A DNA stretch of 64,000 nt from Candidatus Shapirobacteria bacterium (GCA_037142555.1 JBAXAJ010000004.1:21738-85737), one strand, 5' to 3'; shown: positions 9,737 to 20,311, counted from the first letter of the stretch. Numbers and translations: made by a program. Notes: generated by a model not told the origin, from the sequence alone.

Positions 9737-10150
9737 ATGAAAATTATGAAAAATAAAAAAGGATTTACATTGATTGAAATGTTGGTGGTTATTTCAATAA
9801 TTGCTATTTTGACTGCTTTGATTTCTGTTTCTTTTTCGATGGCTCAAAAGAAAGCTAGAGATTCAAGAAGAATGCAGGATATGAAGTCACTTCAAACTGC
9901 GGCTGAACAATATTATTCTAGTAATGATAGTACTTATCCACTTAGTCTTGGTCTTCTTAGTGTAGATGGGTTATACATACAATCTATACCAAAGGATCCA
10001 AAAGATGGGACAGATTATAGTAACGATATGTCAGATACTGAATATTGTGTTTGTGCTCTTTTAGATGGAGCTTCAAATGCTAATAGTTCTAGTGGTTGTA
10101 AGATTAGTGATAAACCTGGAGATTATTTTTGTGTCTATCATCAACAATGA
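9737..10150 (+). CDS. Type IV pilin-like protein
   Basis: MKNKKGFTLIEMLVVISIIAIL, with a C-terminal Cys pair. Confidence 0.7.
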   Translation: MKIMKNKKGFTLIEMLVVISIIAILTALISVSFSMAQKKARDSRRMQDMKSLQTAAEQYYSSNDSTYPLSLGLLSVDGLYIQSIPKDPKDGTDYSNDMSDTEYCVCALLDGASNANSSSGCKISDKPGDYFCVYHQQ

Positions 10151-10178
10151 TTATCAAATTTCTAATTCCTAATTTCTA

Positions 10179-10580
10179 ATGTCTAATAAAAAGAATGCTT
10201 TTACTCTGATTGAAATGTTAGTAGTGATAACAATCATTATTGTGTTGACGGCGATTGGAGTTGTTTCCTATTCAGCAGCTGGAGTTAAGGCTAGAGATGG
10301 AAGAAGAATGGCTGATTTGGAAAAAATTAGATTGGCTTTGGAAATGTATAGACAAACTAATCAAGTTTATCCGACAACTGGTACTGTCAAGGATGATTTG
10401 TCCCCTACTTATTTACAATCTTGGCCAGATGATCCAAAAAATTTTGGTTATGTATATTTTGACCCAACAAATTACACATATTCTTTGCTTGCACATATGG
10501 AAGATCCAAAATTGGCCAATCTGACAACAGGTCCTTCTTGTGGAGCAGATGTGTGTAATTATCAAGTTAAAAATCCATAA
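10179..10580 (+). CDS. Type IV pilin-like protein (Ala at -1)
   Basis: MSNKKNAFTLIEMLVVITIIIVL. Confidence 0.65.
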   Translation: MSNKKNAFTLIEMLVVITIIIVLTAIGVVSYSAAGVKARDGRRMADLEKIRLALEMYRQTNQVYPTTGTVKDDLSPTYLQSWPDDPKNFGYVYFDPTNYTYSLLAHMEDPKLANLTTGPSCGADVCNYQVKNP

Positions 10581-10582
10581 AT

Positions 10583-11065
10583 ATGAAGGGTTTTACTTTA
10601 ATTGAATTGATGGTTTCGGTCACGATTATGGCGATTTTGCTTGGGGTTGGAGTGGTGTCTTTGAATAATTTCAATAATTCTCAAAAAGTGGAAACAACTA
10701 AAAATGAGTTAATTTCTAGTCTAAAATTGGCCAGAAATTATGCAATCACAATGCAATTGCCTAATGGAGTTAGTGGCACTTTGAATTATGTTCAAGTTGA
10801 TTTAAAAACAAATGGTCAGATTTCAGTTGATGCTTATGGAATTCTTGATGGTCAAAATACAACTATGAATATTGGACCTTATTTTTCTAAAGATATATCC
10901 CCTATTGGGGTGGATATTACTGTTACTAATATTATTAATTTTGCTTCATACAAAGGTGATTTAGTTTATCCAAATTATCCTGTTAGCATAATTATTAGTT
11001 CTAGTGAAGATCCTGATGATGCAGCAAAATCAATATTAATTGATAGTTCAGGTTTAATAAAATGA
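10583..11065 (+). CDS. GspH/FimT-like pseudopilin
   Basis: MKGFTLIELMVSVTIMAIL followed by ELISSLKLARNYAI (GspH-type). Confidence 0.55.
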   Translation: MKGFTLIELMVSVTIMAILLGVGVVSLNNFNNSQKVETTKNELISSLKLARNYAITMQLPNGVSGTLNYVQVDLKTNGQISVDAYGILDGQNTTMNIGPYFSKDISPIGVDITVTNIINFASYKGDLVYPNYPVSIIISSSEDPDDAAKSILIDSSGLIK

Positions 11066-11457
11066 GGGAAAATAGTTCTGGTCAAAGTTTAATTGAATTG
11101 ATTTTTGCGGTGGGAGTTGTAGTGATGGTGATAACGGGGATTGTGATTTTGATGGTGAACACGATTAACTCTAAAAGTAGAGGTTTTGATCAAAAAAAAG
11201 CGGTGGAATTGTCTAATGTGGTGATGGAAGATTTGATTAGCACAAAAAGGAATGATCCAGAAAAGTTTTGGAAATTAACAAATATTAGTGGTGCAACTGA
11301 TCCTAATTTTATTGGTTTTAAATATGATGTTGGGTTCACTAACAGAACTGACGTGGAATGTGAGGGTGGATATTGTGCTGATGCAATTGTGACTGTTACT
11401 AATTCTGGTGGGCAAACAAATGTTTCTCAGAGGTTTTTTTCAAGAAGTGGAAATTAA
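11062..11457 (+). CDS. Pseudopilin (GspI/PilV-like)
   Basis: GQSLIELIFAVGVVVMV N-terminus. Confidence 0.5.
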   Translation: MRENSSGQSLIELIFAVGVVVMVITGIVILMVNTINSKSRGFDQKKAVELSNVVMEDLISTKRNDPEKFWKLTNISGATDPNFIGFKYDVGFTNRTDVECEGGYCADAIVTVTNSGGQTNVSQRFFSRSGN

Positions 11458-11475
11458 ATACTATATAATTAATTA

Positions 11476-11988
11476 ATGATTAAAAAGTCTGGATTTACTT
11501 TGGTTGAACTTTTGGTGGTGACATCGATGATTGGTTTGATTTTGGTGGCGGTGGTTGGGGCTCTTTCTGGAACTTTTAGAACTCAAACTAAACTTGTTTT
11601 GTCCGATAAAGTCAATGAAAATGGAAGTTTTGCTTTGGAAGAAATCAGAAAAAATATTTTAAATATAAAATCTATTGGAAACACTGGCCCTACTAATCTA
11701 GGTTTCACTGGGATTGATGGCGGGAGTACAAATATTATTTGTAATCCAGACTATAAAAAAATTTCTTCAAGTTCTGCTAGTCGTTCTCAAGATATTGAAT
11801 TAATTAGCTCTATTGATTTAAAATTGGTTGATTGTACTAATTTTATAACTTACACTAAAAATATTGATGGAGTTGTCACTAATATAGATTTTAAATTTAC
11901 TTTAGGGGCTGGGGAAACACTTGCTGGTCCTCAGAATTATTATCAAAAGACATTCAACTCAAAAGTTACTTTAAGGAATCTAGAATAG
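11476..11988 (+). CDS. Pseudopilin (GspJ/PilW-like)
   Basis: MIKKSGFTLVELLVVTSMIGLILV. Confidence 0.55.
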   Translation: MIKKSGFTLVELLVVTSMIGLILVAVVGALSGTFRTQTKLVLSDKVNENGSFALEEIRKNILNIKSIGNTGPTNLGFTGIDGGSTNIICNPDYKKISSSSASRSQDIELISSIDLKLVDCTNFITYTKNIDGVVTNIDFKFTLGAGETLAGPQNYYQKTFNSKVTLRNLE

Positions 11989-12038
11989 ATTTGCATTTTT
12001 TTAATAAAGGACTATAATTATTATATTTTTAAATAAAT

Positions 12039-14267
12039 ATGGGAAAAGAACAAAATAGTTTTGATCCAGGTTCAATAATTGATAGTAACAAAGGGAAAAT
12101 TGCTGCGGCAATGATTATTGCTAATATTGTGGTTCCAGGTGTTGCAGCTAATGCTGAATATGATCACCAAAATGTTCCTACAACTGAAACTGTGTCTTTT
12201 GACCCTGATTTTAATATTCAAACAAGATTTAAGAATAGTGTCAGAGAATTGATGTCTAGCTCTGAGTTACAATCTTCAACTGTGGCTAAATTCAAAATTG
12301 GTTCTAAGTCAATTTCGCTCAATGGGGCTAATCATAATTTAGATACAAGCATGCTTGCGACTAAAGGAATTGATAAGAAAACTGTTCCAGTTGGGCCAAT
12401 TAAATCAATCGCCGGTGACTTCTCTTTGACTGCTAGTTATGACAAAGCTAATAAAAAAATGACGATTAAAAGTGGAGATGTCACTATTAAACTTAAAGCT
12501 AATAATCGTTATTATTCGGAAACAAAGGATGGTCACACTTTAACTAAAAAATTAACTGTCCCCCCTTCTCTAACTAAAAGTGGAATTTTTATGGCTCCAA
12601 CTTCGGCTTTGAGCGAACTTGGAATTAAAACTGTTTATGATTCTAAAACTAAAACTGGAAGTCTAGAAAAAATATATAAATTGAGCCAAAAAATGGCTTA
12701 TGAAAATGCTTCAAAATATACTTTTGTTGATCCTGTTTCAGTTTCGATTGACACAAAAAACAATGCTTCGGTAGTTTATAAAAAAAATGTTGTTAATAAT
12801 TCTCTAGTTTCAGCTCTAAATCTGGAAAAATATGGCAAAGCTAAACATATTTATGCAGCTGAAAAAAGTGCTTATGTTTTTGATGGTACTAAATTGAAAC
12901 TTTATAAGAGAAGTAGCACTGGAAAAATTGTGGAAAATAATATAAGTTTGCCGGCTTCATTGACTAACACTGGCAAAATGGTGTGGTTAGAAGCTGAGGG
13001 CAGATCAGGGGTTTATGTAGTCAATAAAACTACTAACGAAATTATTTATCGACACGATGTTAATAATAGAACTTGGAATAAGGAATTAAGTCAAAGTAGC
13101 GCAGTTAATTTAGCTTGTAAATATATGGCTGGGGGTGAATTTTTGGACAAAAATGCCTTGAATTTTAAAGTCGAAACGGTTGACGGTGGTGTGACTAGAG
13201 TTTATGCTGGGCTTGAAGCGACTAGTGTGGAAAAAGCTTTATTTAATAAAGTCGCCACTAAATGCAAATATGGGGATGTGATGTATTCTTGGAATGGGAA
13301 AATTTGTGTGTTGGGTTTGGATAGTCAAAGGGTTTGGTTTGATAATAGTAAAAAAGTTAATGCAAAAATTTATGATAATAATTTAAATAAAAAAGATTAT
13401 TCTGGAGTGACAGGGCAATTTTTTTATCCTAATATTGAATTTAGACAAGATTTAGGTTTGTGTTTAAGTGATGGTAATCGAATTTGTTACAAATCTGATA
13501 ATAATGGCAAGTTTGTGGAATTGAATCAATATTTAGCAACTGGAACAAAAGAAGAAATTGCCACTAGAGTTGAGAGAGGAGTTGACAAAGATCAATATTT
13601 AGGTGGTAAATTTAATAAAAAGGTTTGGTTAAATGATGCTAATGGTGATAAGGCGATTTGTTTATTGATTGGAGGTGAACGAGGAATGCCGGCTAGATAT
13701 GAAGAAGTGTGGAGAAATGGGGTGGCCAGATGTAATGAAATTGATCCAAATTTAATGGAAAAGATGGTTGAACAATATGGCTTAAATGTTATTTCTAACG
13801 TCCCTGAAAGTAGCAATACAGGACAAGATGCAAATTTTGTGAGAAGTGGTTTTGGAGGAATGATTTATTATAATTGTTGGCCGAAAGAAGATTCGACTGT
13901 TGATAATTTGACTTGCAATATTCCTGAGTTAATTATAGTTGAAAGTAGGGGTTTATATAATACAGATCATAATATTTTTAATGGGATAAAATGGCAATTT
14001 AATATTAATGATAAAGTGGTGGAAACTAATGATGTTGGGATTGAAAAACAAGCTTATGCAGCTGTTCAGTTAGAAGAATATGCTAGTGTTCCAGAAAATA
14101 AAAGAATAAAGTTTGATGAAAATAAGAAAGTTACTTTAGAAGAAGTTAATGCTGTTTATAATAGTCTAGTTATTAGTCCTGATTATATGGTTGGTAAATT
14201 AAAATATGCAGAATTTGTTGCCATAGGAACAGCTATTGGTGGGTATAATTTTTATGTAGAAGGATGA
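12039..14267 (+). CDS. Large secreted or membrane-anchored protein, pilus-associated by context
   Basis: N-terminal hydrophobic segment. An internal stretch resembles the copper-amine-oxidase N-terminal-like fold (GIFMAPTSALSELGIKTVYDSKTKTGSL). No pilin signal. Confidence 0.4.
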   Translation: MGKEQNSFDPGSIIDSNKGKIAAAMIIANIVVPGVAANAEYDHQNVPTTETVSFDPDFNIQTRFKNSVRELMSSSELQSSTVAKFKIGSKSISLNGANHNLDTSMLATKGIDKKTVPVGPIKSIAGDFSLTASYDKANKKMTIKSGDVTIKLKANNRYYSETKDGHTLTKKLTVPPSLTKSGIFMAPTSALSELGIKTVYDSKTKTGSLEKIYKLSQKMAYENASKYTFVDPVSVSIDTKNNASVVYKKNVVNNSLVSALNLEKYGKAKHIYAAEKSAYVFDGTKLKLYKRSSTGKIVENNISLPASLTNTGKMVWLEAEGRSGVYVVNKTTNEIIYRHDVNNRTWNKELSQSSAVNLACKYMAGGEFLDKNALNFKVETVDGGVTRVYAGLEATSVEKALFNKVATKCKYGDVMYSWNGKICVLGLDSQRVWFDNSKKVNAKIYDNNLNKKDYSGVTGQFFYPNIEFRQDLGLCLSDGNRICYKSDNNGKFVELNQYLATGTKEEIATRVERGVDKDQYLGGKFNKKVWLNDANGDKAICLLIGGERGMPARYEEVWRNGVARCNEIDPNLMEKMVEQYGLNVISNVPESSNTGQDANFVRSGFGGMIYYNCWPKEDSTVDNLTCNIPELIIVESRGLYNTDHNIFNGIKWQFNINDKVVETNDVGIEKQAYAAVQLEEYASVPENKRIKFDENKKVTLEEVNAVYNSLVISPDYMVGKLKYAEFVAIGTAIGGYNFYVEG

Positions 14268-14322
14268 ATTTAGGGAAGTAAGCATTTACTTTTAGATTGG
14301 GATTGTATATTATTTATGTATA

Positions 14323-15471
14323 ATGCTGAGTAAAATTAAGCCTGTCTATTTGTATATTGTTTTGGTGCTTTTGGTGGTGTTTATTGTTGTATTAGTGACT
14401 GTAAATTTTTATTTTAAAGGCAATCAAAAAAAGTCCGTTAAACTAGTGAATAATACTTCCTCACCAGTAACATTGACCGAAGCTGAAGTAGTTAAAAAAA
14501 CTATTAAGTGGTTAGATGGCCAAAGAAACGATATGGGGTTGTATCCACATAGTTGTGTTTGTACCACAAAAGAATGTATTGCTTGTGTGAAAAATGATAT
14601 TAGTTGGAGAGAAGGCCCTTTTATGATTTGGGGTCGATACAAATATTACCAAAAAACAGGTAATATTTCTGATTTGACAAAAATAAATCAAGAACTTGAA
14701 ATACTATCCAAAAAACCAATGCAATTTGAAGATTGGAATTGTCGAATATTATTGGATTTATGGAATAATAATAAGTTAAGTAAGGAAACTAAACAAAAAG
14801 TTGTAAATTTGTGTGCCAATGATGGCCGGGTTTCAGTTAATATCGATTTTATTAAGAATTTGGATCAAATAGATTCTGACATAAATATTGATGATATTAA
14901 TGAAAATATTTCAAAAATTATGTCAAATCAGTTAATCGTAATAGATAAAAACTTATATAACTCTGATATTTTAAAAACTAATTTTTCAAAAAATTCATTT
15001 TTTACTTCTGAAAATATTGCTAAAAAAATAATTTTGTCTAAAAATGATAAAACTAATGAAGTTAAATTAAGTGATTCTAATAATATAAAATCCCCCTTTA
15101 AATTTGCGCTTTATGGATATAGCTTATTAAATTCAACTCCTAGTGTTTATAATAATGCGGTTTTAGGAATTGCAGCTTTGGATATGTATCATTATTACAA
15201 CGATAAAGTTTATCTAGATTTAGCTCAACATTTATATTCTCAAAGTAAAACTTTGGAAGTAAAATCTGATTATTTTGGATTAATGTATCAATCTTTTTTC
15301 TTGACCGAATTGAATAAAGAAAATAAACAAAAAGAAAATGATGATCAAATAGGTAAAAATATGACTGTCTTAATTAATAATTTTTATAATAAAAATTTAA
15401 ATGCTTTTATGAATAGAGATTTATTGAATGTAAAGGAAAATTGGTTAATTATTGGATTATTAGAAAGATGA
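14323..15471 (+). CDS. N-terminally membrane-anchored hypothetical protein
   Basis: Single TM segment (VYLYIVLVLLVVFIVVLVTV), then an Asn/Lys-rich soluble domain. The stop overlaps the next start (ATGA). Confidence 0.4.
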   Translation: MLSKIKPVYLYIVLVLLVVFIVVLVTVNFYFKGNQKKSVKLVNNTSSPVTLTEAEVVKKTIKWLDGQRNDMGLYPHSCVCTTKECIACVKNDISWREGPFMIWGRYKYYQKTGNISDLTKINQELEILSKKPMQFEDWNCRILLDLWNNNKLSKETKQKVVNLCANDGRVSVNIDFIKNLDQIDSDINIDDINENISKIMSNQLIVIDKNLYNSDILKTNFSKNSFFTSENIAKKIILSKNDKTNEVKLSDSNNIKSPFKFALYGYSLLNSTPSVYNNAVLGIAALDMYHYYNDKVYLDLAQHLYSQSKTLEVKSDYFGLMYQSFFLTELNKENKQKENDDQIGKNMTVLINNFYNKNLNAFMNRDLLNVKENWLIIGLLER

Positions 15472-18400
15472 ATTTTTTTAAAAAAATATTATTTATATTA
15501 GCATTATTATTGTTTTTTATTGGTGGGGTTAAAAACTCTTTGGCTTATGGAACGTGTTCGAAGAATTCTAAATGTCAACCAAGTAATGAAGGTTGTGTAA
15601 GTAGTTCGTTGGCAGGTGTTTGTGGTTTTAGTGGTAACACTGGTTGTGCTAAGGCTGGTTATCCTTATCAAGCTTGTAATCCAACTGGATGTGCTAATGG
15701 TTATACTACAGTGTCGAATGATAATATGGCTCATACTATATCTTGTGGTTGTTGTAGTAATACAGGAGACACTTCTGCGGACACAATAGTTTGTTATAGA
15801 AAGACTTGTAGTCAAGCTGAAGGGACATCTTGTTATGACAGTCCTGTAAATGGTGTAGTTCCGACTAGTTGTAGCCAATATGGAACTTCTTATGCTCCTG
15901 GTTTTGATTATGTTGCTCGTGATGGAACTTGTCCAACTAATAAGATTTGTTGTGAAAAATTAGACCTTTGCAAAGATAGTGGTATGTGTTTGAATGGAAT
16001 TAATTGTGGTGCTGATGGTTGTAGTTGTACTACTACTAAAGGTATTGCTTGGAATCTTGGTTATGATAGCAGTAGAACATGTACTAGTACACAAAAATTT
16101 TGGAAGTGTAATACGGCCATGAATGGTACTTGTGGCTCAACTAATGATTATTATTTCCCTAGTGAGGGTAGTCCCCAATATGGTCCAGCGCCAAATTATA
16201 CCAAGATTTGGAGCACACAAGCAGAATGTGAGCTTAATTGTTGTGATCTTAGTAAGAATAACTGGACTGATAGACAATGTGTAAAAAAACAGCCGTCTTC
16301 TTGTTCTAATGCTGATAGTCATTGTTTAGGTGTGGGTTATACTCAAGATGCTACTAGCACCACTACAGCTAATGACACTTGTCATGGAAAAAAAGTAGAT
16401 ACAACGCCAACTTGTGGAATTGCTAATAACCATTCTTTTTCATTTACTCCACCGATATCAAGTTTGTGTAGTAATGGAACATTTAATAGCTTGACAGACC
16501 ATGGAGGTGCTTGGACTTGGGCTTGTAACGGTACTAATGATTGTGGTGCATCTAAGACTGTTAATTGTGGAACAGACGCAATAAACAATCTGCCAGAATG
16601 TACTTGTGATTCAAGCATTGCTGCTGGTGTTTGTAGTGGTCATACTTTTAATCAGCCGGCAGTCACTGGTAATTGTAAAACTAAATTTGATTGTCCTGGA
16701 ACAAAAACTGCAGTAAATGCTTATTGTAGTAGTGGTTCTTGTTCTCCACAGTGTGGCCAATGGAATAATGCTACATGTCTACCTGGGAATGATTGTGGGA
16801 CACAGTGTGGTAATCTTAGTTGTGGTGGTTCATGTGGGACTTCCGACACTGGTAGTCCAGGAATGACGACCCTGTCATCCCCTGTGGAGACAATAATAAG
16901 TCCAAAAGTTTATGCTTCGGGAGTTTCGGTTGTATCTTTAAATTGGCTTAAAAATTCTGATTCCAAAGCGAGTTATTATAATATTGGAGTGTGGCATGAT
17001 GAACCAGGGAAACCGGATATAAGAGATTTAGATTTTGATACGAGTGATATTAATACTGTTTCGACTAAAACTGGTTTCTTAACTCCTGGGGTGCTTTATC
17101 GTTGGGGTGTAAATACAAAAAATATTACTTGTCTGGGTTATATTTATAGTGGTATTTATGAAAGTGGTTGGTCAACTTTGGGTTATTTTAAGAGAAGTGA
17201 GACATCAATAACAACACCAACTTTAACTTTTAATAATTTTATTGGAGAAGTTGTCCCCCCTGACAGTACTGATAAAAACCATATTTGTCAGTCTGAATTT
17301 AAAAATGGGACTGATCAAATTATTAGCGTGATTGCCACTTCTAGTGATACTAATGCAGTATCAGCTTATTTAAGAATGAATAATAATAGTAGTAATCCTC
17401 TATTGATTGGGCCTGTTTCTTATATTAATAATAAAGCTATTTTCCCTATTAAAGATGATGGTTCTTCCTATACATCAGATCCTTATAATGTAGTGGCTTA
17501 TTCAGTCAATAATTTAGGTGAGACTTCACCAGATTCTGGGAGTAAGGTGTTAAAGATTTGGAATTGTGAGGTTGGGGTTGGAGGAAGTTTTAAAAAAGGT
17601 ATTGATAATAATCCATTTACAGATTTCACTAATTTAACTCCATTAAAATTCAATGAAATTACTATGAATATTGATGAACTTAATTCTAATTATAATGGGA
17701 TTCTTATTTTTGGAAATACTTATAATTATTCTTTTAAAAAAAATAACTTTAAAGGCACTTCTTCTATGGAAGTTAGTGATATAAATGGATATTTTACCCC
17801 TAAAGACAAATTACTTATAGATAGTAATATTACTAATCCTTATTTACAGACTCATACTGTTTCTGCTAACTTTATTTTATATCCTTATAGTGACCCTTGG
17901 TGGCAGACGGATGGAAATGTTTTGGTAAAGAATGAAATTAAAAATAATATTCCTAGTGATAAAAATATCTCTACTCGTGGTTTAGTTGCAGCTACTGCTG
18001 GGAATATAACTAATAATTTATCTTTTGTTGGTGATTTGAACGATAATAATAATGGTTATGAATATTTTTATAAAAATTATTATGTTAATTTAGGGCAAGG
18101 TGTGACTGCCACTACTGTTGGAACTGGACAAACAGGAGTTGTTTTTATCCAAGATTTAGATATAAATAATGATATTACTATCAATAATGATCAATTTTTG
18201 ATGGTGGTGGTTAAAGGCAATATTAATATTGGGGTTGGAGTAAGTAAAATTGATGGTATTTATGTGGCAAATGGAAATATTAATATTAATGGAAAATCAG
18301 ACCAGCAATTAAATATTAATGGATCTTTATACTCTTCAATTAATAGTATAAATATAACTCGAGGGTTTACTACTGAAAGTAAAAATAATACTGACCCAGC

Positions 18401-18488
18401 AGTTAATATTAAATATAATCCAGGATTATTGTTTACAATGCCAGGTAAATTGATGAAAGTCTTATCTGGTTGGAAACAAGGAATTTAA
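15468..18488 (+). CDS. Giant secreted cysteine-rich protein, candidate pilus adhesin
   Basis: Signal peptide MNFFKKILFILALLLFFIGGVKNSLA. About 80 Cys in the first ~470 aa, then an Asn-rich beta-rich C-terminal half. The start is the internal ATG at 15468. Confidence 0.5.
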   Translation: MNFFKKILFILALLLFFIGGVKNSLAYGTCSKNSKCQPSNEGCVSSSLAGVCGFSGNTGCAKAGYPYQACNPTGCANGYTTVSNDNMAHTISCGCCSNTGDTSADTIVCYRKTCSQAEGTSCYDSPVNGVVPTSCSQYGTSYAPGFDYVARDGTCPTNKICCEKLDLCKDSGMCLNGINCGADGCSCTTTKGIAWNLGYDSSRTCTSTQKFWKCNTAMNGTCGSTNDYYFPSEGSPQYGPAPNYTKIWSTQAECELNCCDLSKNNWTDRQCVKKQPSSCSNADSHCLGVGYTQDATSTTTANDTCHGKKVDTTPTCGIANNHSFSFTPPISSLCSNGTFNSLTDHGGAWTWACNGTNDCGASKTVNCGTDAINNLPECTCDSSIAAGVCSGHTFNQPAVTGNCKTKFDCPGTKTAVNAYCSSGSCSPQCGQWNNATCLPGNDCGTQCGNLSCGGSCGTSDTGSPGMTTLSSPVETIISPKVYASGVSVVSLNWLKNSDSKASYYNIGVWHDEPGKPDIRDLDFDTSDINTVSTKTGFLTPGVLYRWGVNTKNITCLGYIYSGIYESGWSTLGYFKRSETSITTPTLTFNNFIGEVVPPDSTDKNHICQSEFKNGTDQIISVIATSSDTNAVSAYLRMNNNSSNPLLIGPVSYINNKAIFPIKDDGSSYTSDPYNVVAYSVNNLGETSPDSGSKVLKIWNCEVGVGGSFKKGIDNNPFTDFTNLTPLKFNEITMNIDELNSNYNGILIFGNTYNYSFKKNNFKGTSSMEVSDINGYFTPKDKLLIDSNITNPYLQTHTVSANFILYPYSDPWWQTDGNVLVKNEIKNNIPSDKNISTRGLVAATAGNITNNLSFVGDLNDNNNGYEYFYKNYYVNLGQGVTATTVGTGQTGVVFIQDLDINNDITINNDQFLMVVVKGNINIGVGVSKIDGIYVANGNININGKSDQQLNINGSLYSSINSINITRGFTTESKNNTDPAVNIKYNPGLLFTMPGKLMKVLSGWKQGI

Positions 18489-18491
18489 ATT

Positions 18492-19265
18492 ATGAATATT
18501 TTAAACATAAGAAAAAAAAGTGGGGGTCAAGTAGTTTTAATAGTTTTATTGGCTTCAGCTGTGCTTTTAACTTTGGGTTTGTCGGTTTCAAAAAAAGCCA
18601 CAACTGATGTCAAAATTGATACTGATCAAGAATTGTTGAAAAAAGCTTTTAACAGTGCTGAATCTGGAATTGATTATTTTTTAGGAACTGGGAAAACTAA
18701 TTATACCGAAACTAAAAGCACAGTTAAGGTTGATGTAAAATCAGTCGGAGTCAGTGCTTCAATTGATTCTGGAACAAAAATTTCTAGTGGAAATCCTTTT
18801 TTATTTTGGTTAGTTGATCATTTCCCTAATGGAGATATTGGAGCTAGCTATTATAAGGGAACTGTTAATTTATGTGCTGATTCAAGTTTTAATGGGGCAC
18901 TAAAAATTGATTATTACTATAATGATGGTTCTTCTTATAAAGTATTAACAAGAGTTTATAATACTGGGACAAACACAGTGATTGGAGCAATTCAAGATGG
19001 TTTTAATTCTATTAAGTGTATAACTTTGACTGATTTATTAAATGGTAATTCTCTTTTATTAGCAGTTATGCCCATTGGGGATCAGACAAAATTAACTCTT
19101 AATAATGGTGGTCTTGGGCAGGATTTTCCGTTACAAGGTCAAGACATTACTTCAACTGGAAATGTGGGGGGGGTGAACTCTCAAGTTAAAGTTAGTAAGA
19201 GATATAAAGTGCCTAGTTTTATGCTTAACTCAATCACTGCTGGAGGTAGTGTGTTGAATCAGTAG
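18492..19265 (+). CDS. PilX/GspK-like minor pseudopilin
   Basis: N-terminus GGQVVLIVLLASAVLLTLGLSV resembles the PilX/GspK hydrophobic segment. It lies immediately upstream of pilM. Confidence 0.45.
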   Translation: MNILNIRKKSGGQVVLIVLLASAVLLTLGLSVSKKATTDVKIDTDQELLKKAFNSAESGIDYFLGTGKTNYTETKSTVKVDVKSVGVSASIDSGTKISSGNPFLFWLVDHFPNGDIGASYYKGTVNLCADSSFNGALKIDYYYNDGSSYKVLTRVYNTGTNTVIGAIQDGFNSIKCITLTDLLNGNSLLLAVMPIGDQTKLTLNNGGLGQDFPLQGQDITSTGNVGGVNSQVKVSKRYKVPSFMLNSITAGGSVLNQ

Positions 19266-19288
19266 TCAAATTTGGTTACACTTAAATC

Positions 19289-20311
19289 ATGAGTATTCTT
19301 GGTATCGATATTGGACAAAGCACAATTAAAGCCGTTTCATTAAATAAGGTGGAAGGTAAGGGATTAGTTTTGGAGTCTTTGGGTGAAATTAAATTACCAA
19401 GAACTGATTGGCAACAAGGTGATGATAAGGCAATTGCAGAAGTTTCAGTGGCTTTGAAAAGTTTATTAGGAGAATTGAAAATTAAATCTAAGGAAGTTGT
19501 GGCTTGTATGTCTGAGGATGAAGTTGTCAGTCGATTGATAAGATTGCCACCATTGAAAGAATCTGAAATTCGTGATGTGTTGAAATATGAAGCTGAAACT
19601 TTTGTCCCCTACCCTCTAGACCAAGTTTCAATTGATTATGAAATTATTGAAAAAGATGATGTTGGTCGATTAACTTTGTTTGTGATTGCTGCTAGAAATG
19701 AATTGATTCAATCTTACATTAAATTATTTAAATTGGTTGGTTTGGAATTGGCGGCTTTGGAATCTCCAGCGGTGGCTATAAAAAGGACCATTAGCACTTG
19801 TGTGACGGCGGCAACTGGGATTATTGTAATTGACATCGGTGAAAGAAGTTCTGACATAATCAGCCTTAATAATGGCAATGTTTATTTTGCCAGATCTTTG
19901 TCGATTGGGAGTGAATCCATTACCAGATCAATTTCTATTAATTTAGGTCTAGATATGGCCAGCGCTGAGGAATATAAAAAAGCTTATGGAATGAAAGAAA
20001 CTGAGCTTGAGGGGAAAATTAGAAATGCAATTATGCCAGTTTTCAATAGTATCGCTGAAGAAGTCAGAAAGGCCATGGCTTTATTTTTGGAAGAACATAG
20101 TAAGCCAGCTGAATTGTTAGTTTTGAGTGGTGGAAGTGCAAATATCCCGGGAATGGCTGAAGAATTGACAAAAGTTATGGGAGTTGAAGTTCAAATTATT
20201 CAACCATTTTTGAAGATTGATGCCACTGCTTTACAGCTTCCTATTAATTTAAATTCTGAGGGTTGTCGTTTTAGTTTAGCGGTTGGTTTAGCGATGAGAG
20301 GTCTATTATGA
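19289..20311 (+). CDS. pilM: Type IV pilus assembly protein PilM (actin-like ATPase)
   Basis: MSILGIDIGQSTIKAVSL N-terminus and an actin/FtsA-like fold. Confidence 0.75.
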   Translation: MSILGIDIGQSTIKAVSLNKVEGKGLVLESLGEIKLPRTDWQQGDDKAIAEVSVALKSLLGELKIKSKEVVACMSEDEVVSRLIRLPPLKESEIRDVLKYEAETFVPYPLDQVSIDYEIIEKDDVGRLTLFVIAARNELIQSYIKLFKLVGLELAALESPAVAIKRTISTCVTAATGIIVIDIGERSSDIISLNNGNVYFARSLSIGSESITRSISINLGLDMASAEEYKKAYGMKETELEGKIRNAIMPVFNSIAEEVRKAMALFLEEHSKPAELLVLSGGSANIPGMAEELTKVMGVEVQIIQPFLKIDATALQLPINLNSEGCRFSLAVGLAMRGLL

